A stretch of DNA of 32,166 nucleotides from positions 1 to 32,166 of IMG/VR virus record IMGVR_UViG_3300021963_000428. One strand, 5' to 3'. Positions 15,979-23,987 of this stretch are shown one piece after another. The notes beneath the pieces were generated by a model. It did not search any database and was not told the origin of the DNA. It saw only the letters and a list, made by a program, of their open reading frames with translations. The position numbers and the translations under genes are program-made. Every line of letters begins with the position of its first letter. Positions within the stretch are counted from its first letter, which is position 1. The DNA is from a virus.

Positions 15979-16201
15979 CTAATTTGTTAGCTTTCTTTTG
16001 TAGGTAAATACTAAAAAATTCAGTTAACTCTTGAGTATCTTCAGGATAAGATCCTTCTACTATAGATACAGCAACTCTCTCAAAATGATTCATAATTTCT
16101 TCTGAGTTAGTTACTCCAATAGAATCTAGTGTATGATATACACCTTGATCAACCATGTTAGTAAGTTTAATTTTATCTGATGGAGTCATTACCAGGCCCA
16201 A
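15944..16201 (-). CDS. Hypothetical protein
   Basis: 85-aa ORF between nrdB and the clpP region. Confidence 0.5.
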   Translation of the reverse strand: MGLVMTPSDKIKLTNMVDQGVYHTLDSIGVTNSEEIMNHFERVAVSIVEGSYPEDTQELTEFFSIYLQKKANKLGVKRSYTNDQE

Positions 16202-17139
16202 TCTCCGTTCATACCATTAACGCTATACTCAGTTACACGTTTCTCAAAGAAGTTATCATGAGAAACACCTGATAAAACCCAGTCTAACCAAGGCATTGGA
16301 TTATCCCTGTGATTAAAGATAGTTTTCATTCCTAATTGAAGTAGTCTACGATCAGTAATGTATCGGATATAGTCTTTTACATCTTTACTTGTAATTCCTT
16401 CAATCTTATAGTTTGAGAAAGCTAAATCAATAAATTTATCTTCAAGATCAACTGCGTCTCTTGCCATTTGATAAATCTTAGATTTTAATTCATCATTAAC
16501 TATACGAGGATGTTCATTGCAGAACTCTCGGAATAGTCGAGCACCACCCTCTACGTGTACTGTTTCGTCACGGATAGACCATTCTACTACAGTACCCATA
16601 CCTTTCATCTTACCAAACCTTTGAAAGTTTAATAACATAACAAAGGAAGCAAACAATGCAACACCTTCGTTCATAACACCTTTAGCTAAAGCAAGAGCAA
16701 CACCTGTTTGTGTATTAGTGTCGTTGTTTTGCATAAAGTCAATCTTCTCAGACATTTCTTTATAGTCTAAAAACTTATGATATTCTTCATCTGGCAATCC
16801 AAGAGTATCATTTAATAACGCATATGCTCGTTGGTGTGTACCTTCACGAGAAGCAAAAGAACCAAGCATAACACGTACTTCATTATTCTTAAACCGTGGA
16901 ATAAGAAAATCGTAATAGTTCTGACCTACTTGTACATCGCCTTGTGTAAACAATCGGAGAATATTTGTAATAAACTCTTTTTCGCCTTCATTAAGCTTTA
17001 ATTTCCAGTCAGATACATCCTCTGATAAGTCAGCTTCATCTTCAGTCCAATGAATTTCTTCATGTTTCTTTGTAATGTCTACAGCCCAATCATGCAAAAA
17101 AGGCTTGTATGTTTTATTAAATTCTGTTAGAGTAGCCAT
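16189..17139 (-). CDS. nrdB: Ribonucleoside-diphosphate reductase beta subunit (class I)
   Basis: SFASREGTHQRAYALLND (ExxHxxxY) and EWSIRDETVHVEG motifs. Start MATLTEFNKTY at 17139 (TAATATG with nrdA) preferred over the track's GTG at 17160. Confidence 0.93.
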   Translation of the reverse strand: MATLTEFNKTYKPFLHDWAVDITKKHEEIHWTEDEADLSEDVSDWKLKLNEGEKEFITNILRLFTQGDVQVGQNYYDFLIPRFKNNEVRVMLGSFASREGTHQRAYALLNDTLGLPDEEYHKFLDYKEMSEKIDFMQNNDTNTQTGVALALAKGVMNEGVALFASFVMLLNFQRFGKMKGMGTVVEWSIRDETVHVEGGARLFREFCNEHPRIVNDELKSKIYQMARDAVDLEDKFIDLAFSNYKIEGITSKDVKDYIRYITDRRLLQLGMKTIFNHRDNPMPWLDWVLSGVSHDNFFEKRVTEYSVNGMNGDWAW

Positions 17140-17140
17140 A

Positions 17141-19147
17141 TTAACCTTCACATGCCTCACATTCGTTATCGTCTAAGACCTTATTTTCCACGGGAGTCTT
17201 TGAAAGTCTCTTGCTGAGTTCTCCAAGTCCGCCAATGTATTCCCCATCAAGATAGATCTGTGGGACAGAACGGACACCTGCTCTTCCAGTAATTTCAGCC
17301 GCTGATTTACCTGTTGTAGTAATATCAATGTAGTCGTATGGGATTCCTCTTGATTCGAGTAAGGATTTAGCACTTGTACATTGTGGACAATCTGGTTTTC
17401 CATAAATAATAGTTTCCTTAATCTCTTTTAATTTATTTTCTTTTACCTTTTGTGAAACATTTTCAGCACGAACTTTAGCCTCTGTACGTAAGTAATACAA
17501 ACCCTTCAATCCAGCTTCCCAGGCATTAATATGAGCTTGCTTTACAGCAGACTTGTCAGCGCCAGCAGGAAAGAACAAATTTACTGATTGACCTTGGCAA
17601 ATATGTTTTTGTCTATCAGCAGCATGTTTAATAATCCAATTTTGATCTAATTCAAAACTAGTTTTAAACACAGCCTTTGTATCATCATCTAAAAAAGATA
17701 AATGTTGTACAGAACCACTCTGTGTAATAATGTTTGACCATACTTTATTTGTATTATGACCAATAGTTTCTAAATGTTGTTCAAGATATTTATTCTTAAC
17801 TAAGAAAGATCCTGCACGAGTACGATGTGTATAAGCATTAGCTTTGTTAGGCTCAATACTAGGTGATGTACTAAGCAAAATACCTGAAGAAGCATTAGGG
17901 GCTACTGCTAACAAATGAGAATGCCTAATTTTCTTTGGAGACATATCAGGAGCTGAACCACGATCTACAGCAATTATTTCAGACGCAGATACTGCTCTTG
18001 ATTTGATAGTGCTAAACATTTTCTCATTAATCAAAGATGCAGAATCACTCTCAAAAGGAATATTCTTTGATTGTAAATAATTATGGAAACCCATAGCACC
18101 TAAACCAATAGATCTTTCTCTTGAAGCACTATACTTTGCTCTAGCAAGACTATTTGGAGCGTTTTCAATAAAGTATTCAAGAACATTGTCTAACATAATT
18201 ACTAAATCAGCAATCATGTTAGTTTCTTTCCATTGATCAAAGTACTCTAGATTAACTGAACTCAAACAACAAACAGCAGTACGGTCTTCTGAGGTTGGTA
18301 AATGAATCTCATTACATAAGTTGCTACCATGAATCTTAAGACCCTTGTCCTTTAATTCTTGAGGTAAGGCATCATTAGCTGTATCAATAAAATTAAGGTA
18401 AGGCTCGCCTGTGCGAAAGCGAGTTTCCAATAACTTGCTAAATACCTTTCTAGCATCGAGAAACTCGCCTGTTGGTCCTTTCTTTGGATCAACCAACTCA
18501 TACGTATTGCCATTTTTGACAGCCTCCATGAAATTGTCAGTGATATTAACAGCGTTATGGAGGTTAAGGCATTTACGATTGTTGTCACCTGTGGGTACTC
18601 GAATACTAATAAATTCAAAAATATCAGGATGGTCAATATTGAGATATGCAGCATAAGAACCTTTTCGTGTTTTACCTTGCCGATAAGCAGTCATATCAGC
18701 ATCAATAGTACTTAAGAAAGGTATAGGCCCAGGAGCAACGTCAGATACACTACGGATGTCAGACCAATGACCTCCGACCCCACCGCCCATGACGGATAAC
18801 CAACGAATTTCAGAACTATGATCAATAAGACCAGCAACAGTATCAGGGACATAAGTTAAAAAGCAAGAGATTGGCATTCCTTTGCCTTTACCATCAATAT
18901 CGGGAGCATTCGATAATACTGGTGAAGCAAACATAAACCATTTGTTAGAGATATAATCATACAAACGTTGGGCAAGCCCTAAGTTAGTTTTTCCTTTAAA
19001 TGTGCTCCAAGCACGGCATGCTCTGGCATACACTTGCTGAGGTGAGATTTCATCTCCCTGAGCATAAAATTCTAATACCATATCAAAAGCATAATCTGTT
19101 AAAAGTTTATCTTTTTCTAAATCAATTTCAATGTCGTAATATTTCAT
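17141..19147 (-). CDS. nrdA: Ribonucleoside-diphosphate reductase alpha subunit with embedded glutaredoxin domain
   Basis: ASPVLSNA, PISCFLTYVPD, NLCNEIHLPT, AVCCLSSVNL, GLYYLRTE; then TIIYGKPDCPQCTSAK...VRSVPQIYLDGEYIGG (glutaredoxin), ending in CEACEG. Confidence 0.95.
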   Translation of the reverse strand: MKYYDIEIDLEKDKLLTDYAFDMVLEFYAQGDEISPQQVYARACRAWSTFKGKTNLGLAQRLYDYISNKWFMFASPVLSNAPDIDGKGKGMPISCFLTYVPDTVAGLIDHSSEIRWLSVMGGGVGGHWSDIRSVSDVAPGPIPFLSTIDADMTAYRQGKTRKGSYAAYLNIDHPDIFEFISIRVPTGDNNRKCLNLHNAVNITDNFMEAVKNGNTYELVDPKKGPTGEFLDARKVFSKLLETRFRTGEPYLNFIDTANDALPQELKDKGLKIHGSNLCNEIHLPTSEDRTAVCCLSSVNLEYFDQWKETNMIADLVIMLDNVLEYFIENAPNSLARAKYSASRERSIGLGAMGFHNYLQSKNIPFESDSASLINEKMFSTIKSRAVSASEIIAVDRGSAPDMSPKKIRHSHLLAVAPNASSGILLSTSPSIEPNKANAYTHRTRAGSFLVKNKYLEQHLETIGHNTNKVWSNIITQSGSVQHLSFLDDDTKAVFKTSFELDQNWIIKHAADRQKHICQGQSVNLFFPAGADKSAVKQAHINAWEAGLKGLYYLRTEAKVRAENVSQKVKENKLKEIKETIIYGKPDCPQCTSAKSLLESRGIPYDYIDITTTGKSAAEITGRAGVRSVPQIYLDGEYIGGLGELSKRLSKTPVENKVLDDNECEACEG

Positions 19148-19161
19148 TATTTTTATTATTG

Positions 19162-19365
19162 TTAAGCGTTAAAACAAGCACCTGGGGTTAATAGAACTTC
19201 TGCTATTTTCCCTTCCATCAAATCATCTGAAATACATATAAAGGCGTTAATATCATACTCTGTAAAACTTTCAAGAGCCGCCTCACATTCTTTATTATTA
19301 TCATAGATATACTCATTATACTTTCTAGTAACATAATCATATGCAAATACTGAATACCTCATCAT
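19162..19365 (-). CDS. Hypothetical protein
   Basis: 67-aa collinear ORF. Confidence 0.5.
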   Translation of the reverse strand: MMRYSVFAYDYVTRKYNEYIYDNNKECEAALESFTEYDINAFICISDDLMEGKIAEVLLTPGACFNA

Positions 19366-20993
19366 ATAACAAGATCCTCAAAATTTTCGCTTGCATTAAT
19401 TAACCTACCAGTATCTTCTATAAATCTGTATTGACCCATTGGACCAGTTCTACCTGTCCAACGATCTTTTAACACCCAGAGTTTACTTGTGTGTCTTTGA
19501 ATAGGATCACTCTCAAGTTTATTTCTGCTAATAGCAATTAATTGCGCACCAATCTGCTTTAGCGAACCAGAACCTTTTAAATCATCATCAGAAGGTACAG
19601 CACCTTCTTCAAAAGATTTCTGGTTGTTATTTGTTTTTCTTAAATGGCTAACTACACCAATCCAAATACTATGTCGTTTAGCTAGTTTTAATAGATCAGA
19701 CATTAGTTTATCTGTAGCCCTGTTAACATCGTTGTCTTCAGCATCTGATACAGCAATAGTAATGTGATCAAGATAAATAAATTTACAACCACTTAAAGCC
19801 ATAAATTCCATTTTATCTATAAGTGAATCATCACCCATAGAACCTTGATGATCTAGAAACATAATACGACTTGTACCCATTGTTTCAGTCCAAGCAATAC
19901 GCTCTTCTTCCTCAGTAACTTCAACATCAGGCAATTGAATACGCTTATTCAAATGTAATGCCATAATGCCTTCAACTGTTTCAGATACGCTTTCCTCTAA
20001 AGAACAAATACCAATCTTCTCATTTGTTGTTTGAAGTAGATGGTATTGATCTTCTTTTAAGAAAGAACTCTTACCCATACCTGTACCAGAACAAAGTATT
20101 GTAATAGAACCTAAACATCTACCATAAATCTTTTTATTTAACTCTGCAGCAAAATCAGGCCAAGGAACATAATCAATTTGTGATTCAGCTTTATACAGAT
20201 CCCAAGTATCTGCTGAGTTAACAATACCTACTGGACTCCAAGCTTGTGCATCCCAGACTTGAGATAGTACAGCTAGATGACCTTCTTTAAGGTACAATTC
20301 ATTAGCGTCTTTTAATTTAGTGTTTTTAACAATCTTAACCTTATCAAAGCCAATAATTTTAGCAGCTCTATCAGCCGCTTCTTTTCCTGGCTCATCATTA
20401 TCAAACCATATAACTACTGAATCAAAGCTACGTAGCCAATCTCTATTGCTTAACAGAATACTAGTTTGACTTGCAGAAGGTATAGATACTACTGGATAAA
20501 TTTTTTCATACTTATCAAACCAAGCTTGTGATATTGTAAGCGCATCAATTTCGCCTTCAGTAATTACTAGCTGTTTACCCCCATTGCCTGCTTGCATTTG
20601 ACCAAAAAGGCTTTTAATTTTTCCAATAACTGTGAACTCTTTTGGAAGAGTGCGCTTTTTATATCCTGTAATTTCGTTAACACCATAGGGATAATAGTGT
20701 GAATCCACTTCACCTTTTTCATTTACTGTAACCTTTATATTAAAGTATTCTGCAATTTTCTTTGTGATCTTTCGATCTGCAAAGCCTCTTACGGCATAGG
20801 TAGCTATTTCTTCTAAAGTTTCAATGCCATAACTTTCCTTTTTACTTGTCACAAAAGAGTCCTTACTCTGATCTGGAAACCAACCTGTACATGAAAAACA
20901 ATATGAGGTTCCATCCTCGTATATCTGTCTAGCATCACTACTACCACAGTCTTCACTTAAGCAAGGTTGATCCTTTACAACTATTTTTCCCAT
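19362..20993 (-). CDS. Primase-helicase (T7 gp4-like)
   Basis: CX4C...CFSCTGW zinc motif, TOPRIM LVITEGEIDALTISQ / VVIWFDNDEPGK, helicase GTGMGKSSFLKE, KFIYLDHITI, GSGSLKQIGAQLIAISRN. Confidence 0.95.
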   Translation of the reverse strand: MGKIVVKDQPCLSEDCGSSDARQIYEDGTSYCFSCTGWFPDQSKDSFVTSKKESYGIETLEEIATYAVRGFADRKITKKIAEYFNIKVTVNEKGEVDSHYYPYGVNEITGYKKRTLPKEFTVIGKIKSLFGQMQAGNGGKQLVITEGEIDALTISQAWFDKYEKIYPVVSIPSASQTSILLSNRDWLRSFDSVVIWFDNDEPGKEAADRAAKIIGFDKVKIVKNTKLKDANELYLKEGHLAVLSQVWDAQAWSPVGIVNSADTWDLYKAESQIDYVPWPDFAAELNKKIYGRCLGSITILCSGTGMGKSSFLKEDQYHLLQTTNEKIGICSLEESVSETVEGIMALHLNKRIQLPDVEVTEEEERIAWTETMGTSRIMFLDHQGSMGDDSLIDKMEFMALSGCKFIYLDHITIAVSDAEDNDVNRATDKLMSDLLKLAKRHSIWIGVVSHLRKTNNNQKSFEEGAVPSDDDLKGSGSLKQIGAQLIAISRNKLESDPIQRHTSKLWVLKDRWTGRTGPMGQYRFIEDTGRLINASENFEDLVI

Positions 20994-20994
20994 T

Positions 20995-21171
20995 TTATTT
21001 ATTTATTACGTTATTAGCCGCAAAACAAGCTGTTGATATAAAACTAAAAGCTATAGAGATTAGCAAAAAATCTGCTGAATTCCATTGTTCTGAGCTTGTT
21101 AATAAACTTATTGCTTGTGTTGATATAATAAGCATTGAACAAAAACCAAATAGAAAACCAATTAATTTCAT
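20995..21171 (-). CDS. Small membrane protein (58 aa), missing from the ORF track
   Basis: My translation: MKLIGFLFGFCSMLIISTQAISLLTSSEQWNSADFLLISIAFSFISTACFAANNVINK*; TAATG overlap with upstream stop. Confidence 0.65.
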   Translation of the reverse strand: MKLIGFLFGFCSMLIISTQAISLLTSSEQWNSADFLLISIAFSFISTACFAANNVINK

Positions 21172-21620
21172 TATTTTAATCCTGCTAATTTATTCAATCT
21201 TTTACGATGTCTAGTAGATATTTCTTCTGAAGATCTCCATTGGACTTTATCAATAAAACGATTGTACCATATATGATTGTTACTAGGCACTTCTACAAAA
21301 CATTGAGACCACGTTTCAGCCCAGCTCAATCCACCTCGAGTATAATATTGTTCTAATACATAAAATTCAAAAGAAGTTTTTCCATTCTCTTCAATTAATG
21401 CATTAATATCTTTAGATGAACTAGTGTAAGTTCTCCAATTACTTGGCTTACCTCTGTTTATTTTTCCAGTACCTCTAAAGATTTTCTTACCAATATACAT
21501 CATGCCATTGTTAGTATCTTTGATTAAATAAACAAAACCAAAAGCGTTGTTAAAATCTAGTTGTTCAGTAAAGTTCCAATGTCCATTGTCTTTATTATTC
21601 TTTGATTTGGAAGTGATCAT
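21171..21620 (-). CDS. GIY-YIG-like nuclease
   Basis: FGFVYLIKDTNNGMMYIGKKIFRG ... SFEFYVLEQY ... WSQCFVE. Confidence 0.75.
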   Translation of the reverse strand: MITSKSKNNKDNGHWNFTEQLDFNNAFGFVYLIKDTNNGMMYIGKKIFRGTGKINRGKPSNWRTYTSSSKDINALIEENGKTSFEFYVLEQYYTRGGLSWAETWSQCFVEVPSNNHIWYNRFIDKVQWRSSEEISTRHRKRLNKLAGLK

Positions 21621-22293
21621 TTATATAGCGCCAGATGTGGATTAACCTGCCATTAGCAAGTAAATAAGGTTTCCACTGGTCGCCATAATGTTCTTTGTAA
21701 GCATTTATTACTGCTGCCTTTCTTTTATTATTATTTTCACAGCCCTCTAAGATTTTCATTGCTTTTACAGCCCCTATCTTAGGTAATCCAGGAATATTGT
21801 CTACAGCATCGCCCATTAATATCTGTTTCCAGTAATGGATATCTGCAGTGTCTTCATCTACTTTATAATGTTCATCCTTTCCTGGTTTAAAATGATTACC
21901 AGGAATACAATCTAAGTCTTTATCAATAGTACAAACTATATAAGGATCACCATCTCTAATAGCTTCTACTGCCCATATGCGGATTAAGTCATCTGCCTCA
22001 AATCCGTGAGCAACTACAGAATTAGGATGATTGCAAAACCATTCTTTTAATTCTTCAAAATGTTCTGCTCTATTCTTTTTAGATGCAAGTCTAGATGCAC
22101 TTTTCTTATATTCAGTAAAGAACTCTTCTCTCCAATTGTTTAGACCACCGATTGCAATTAAATAATCACTGCAAAAAGTATTTTCAACAACTGCTTGAAG
22201 AACCTCGTCTAATCTAATTTTAGCTTCTTCTACGTCCTCAGTACCCCAAATAGCCTGATATAGCAAAACGTCTCCGTCTACTAGTGCAATCAT
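21595..22293 (-). CDS. 5'-3' exonuclease (T7 gp6-like / FEN family)
   Basis: LVDGDVLLY, GFEADDLIRIWA, TIDKDLDCIPG, GDAVDNIPGLPKIGAVKA. Confidence 0.92.
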   Translation of the reverse strand: MIALVDGDVLLYQAIWGTEDVEEAKIRLDEVLQAVVENTFCSDYLIAIGGLNNWREEFFTEYKKSASRLASKKNRAEHFEELKEWFCNHPNSVVAHGFEADDLIRIWAVEAIRDGDPYIVCTIDKDLDCIPGNHFKPGKDEHYKVDEDTADIHYWKQILMGDAVDNIPGLPKIGAVKAMKILEGCENNNKRKAAVINAYKEHYGDQWKPYLLANGRLIHIWRYINDHFQIKE

Positions 22294-22478
22294 ACTGGGT
22301 AAGTTACTTTCTCATAGCCATATTTCTTAACACGAGCAAGAAGCTTTTGACCTATTTTGTTACGAACTTTATATTTAATAATTGTAGGACGATCTACAAA
22401 ACTTAAATACAAATACTTATCACCTTTAGGATATGTATATGTTGCTGAGGGGACTTTATATATTAATGCCTTTTTCAT
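22290..22478 (-). CDS. Hypothetical protein
   Basis: 62-aa collinear ORF. Confidence 0.5.
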   Translation of the reverse strand: MKKALIYKVPSATYTYPKGDKYLYLSFVDRPTIIKYKVRNKIGQKLLARVKKYGYEKVTYPV

Positions 22479-22891
22479 TTCTGTTCTACTCTTATATTAC
22501 TATGAATTAAATTTAAAATACCTGAATCTGTTTTATATGGAGTTGAAAATACTACTCTTTTAACTCTTGATTGTATTAACAATAAAGAACAATTGTCACA
22601 GGGTGCAGTTGTTACATATATTGTTGAATCTCTTAAGCTTAATCCTTCTGCAGCAGCCTTAGATACTAAGTTTGCTTCAGCATGAATTACATAAGATAGT
22701 GTTTTATTATTATCATCTTCACATTTATTAGGAAATCCAGTAGGTGTTCCATTAAATCCAAAGCTGAGAATATTGTTATTCTTTACCGCAATTGCTCCAA
22801 CTTTACGCTTTTCAGCATGAGACATTAGAGCAATTCTTTTTGCAAGATCTAGATAGAGGGAATCGTAGCGATCTTCTTTTGTAGCCACCAA
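22475..22891 (-). CDS. dCMP deaminase
   Basis: VIHAEANLVSKA and VTTAPCDNCSLLLIQSRVKRVVF (zinc deaminase motifs). Confidence 0.92.
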   Translation of the reverse strand: MVATKEDRYDSLYLDLAKRIALMSHAEKRKVGAIAVKNNNILSFGFNGTPTGFPNKCEDDNNKTLSYVIHAEANLVSKAAAEGLSLRDSTIYVTTAPCDNCSLLLIQSRVKRVVFSTPYKTDSGILNLIHSNIRVEQK

Positions 22892-23340
22892 GGTGCATCC
22901 CTATTTGTATATCTCATTAAGTTTATTTTTTCTGTTAAATAGTAGTTACGATATGCTTCTACAGCATTTTCTGTTTTACAATGATCAGGCATAGCAAGAG
23001 GAGGTTCTTGCCATTCTCCTGCTTTAATGTCCCTTGGAAAAATAGCAAGAGACTCTGAATGATCTAAAAGAGTTTTATGTACTTTTCCAAATCGGTGAGT
23101 ATACTCTTTACCAAGTTCTTCCATAAGAATATAAAGCCACATATAATGACTAACATTGCTACGAACCCAAACAGCAGAAGGATGGTTATCATGTGTCTTT
23201 TTGTAAGGCCCAATTCCACCAAGTAAATGATGGGCGGTAGATAATAGTTGTGCTGATTCAAGAATCATTTTTACTACATGAGTATCATAATGAGCCTTAG
23301 CACATTCTGTTTGATTCTTGTCTAAATAAAATATATTCAT
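22849..23340 (-). CDS. Conserved phage protein of unknown function
   Basis: CAKAHYDTHVVKMILESAQLLSTAHHLLGG...THDNHPSAVWVRSNVSHYMWL; recurrent phage family pattern. Confidence 0.7.
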   Translation of the reverse strand: MNIFYLDKNQTECAKAHYDTHVVKMILESAQLLSTAHHLLGGIGPYKKTHDNHPSAVWVRSNVSHYMWLYILMEELGKEYTHRFGKVHKTLLDHSESLAIFPRDIKAGEWQEPPLAMPDHCKTENAVEAYRNYYLTEKINLMRYTNRDAPWWLQKKIATIPSI

Positions 23341-23975
23341 GATTCATATACAGTAGTAAAATCAGGATATTTAGCTTTAACTTTTGCTATGTATTTTGGA
23401 TCATCAGTCTTTCTAACTAAATGAACTTTGAATTGTTTACTAATGTCAAATTCTACACTAGTATCTAATTCATAGTCATTTGGATTAGTTAAGTAATCCC
23501 AATAATATCCACGAGTATAAGATGCTTTAGATAAACTACCATGAAATGCATATAACATTTCAATTGGTAATCGATCACATAACACAATTTGTATTGGCAT
23601 AAAACAATTTTTTACGTTAAATACAGCAACAACTCCATTGTCTAAGCTGTGTGTATAATAAGAATCATTTGTTACATTCTCTAATTCATTAGCCTGAAGA
23701 TCTAATGCTTGTGATACTCTAGCTTCAACACTATCTCTAGACTCATTTGGATATGCATGAATATAGATATCTAAATCCTTTGCAGGATTACCTAATGCCC
23801 AATCTCGTGGTGCTCCACCTAAAATACAAGAGTTAGGATCTACTATGTGTAACATGTTTAATGCTGCAATAGCACAATTTTTTTGTGATTCAATAATTTG
23901 ACTTTTCATTTCAACTTTTAAAGAAATAGACTTTGAAATTGCTTCTCTGATTCTCTCATTTATATCACTAGACAT
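23337..23975 (-). CDS. Nucleotidyltransferase-fold protein (poly(A) polymerase/CCA-adding head-like)
   Basis: CILGGAPRDWALGNPAKDLDIYIHA matches GG(x)xRDxxLG...KDxDxxV. Confidence 0.65.
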   Translation of the reverse strand: MSSDINERIREAISKSISLKVEMKSQIIESQKNCAIAALNMLHIVDPNSCILGGAPRDWALGNPAKDLDIYIHAYPNESRDSVEARVSQALDLQANELENVTNDSYYTHSLDNGVVAVFNVKNCFMPIQIVLCDRLPIEMLYAFHGSLSKASYTRGYYWDYLTNPNDYELDTSVEFDISKQFKVHLVRKTDDPKYIAKVKAKYPDFTTVYES

Positions 23976-23987
23976 TTTTATTCCTGT

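Noticed and set aside
17139-17160. Possible 20-nt overlap of nrdA and nrdB
   Set aside because: It exists only if NrdB starts at the GTG at 17160; the ATG at 17139 (MATLTEF) gives a normal TAATATG junction.
17173-17403. Track ORF of 76 aa nested in nrdA
   Set aside because: Completely inside the glutaredoxin-encoding part of nrdA in another frame; no independent support.
18352-18656. Hydrophobic ORFs on both strands inside nrdA
   Set aside because: The nrdA frame carries conserved catalytic motifs here; alternative frames are artefacts of AT-rich sequence.
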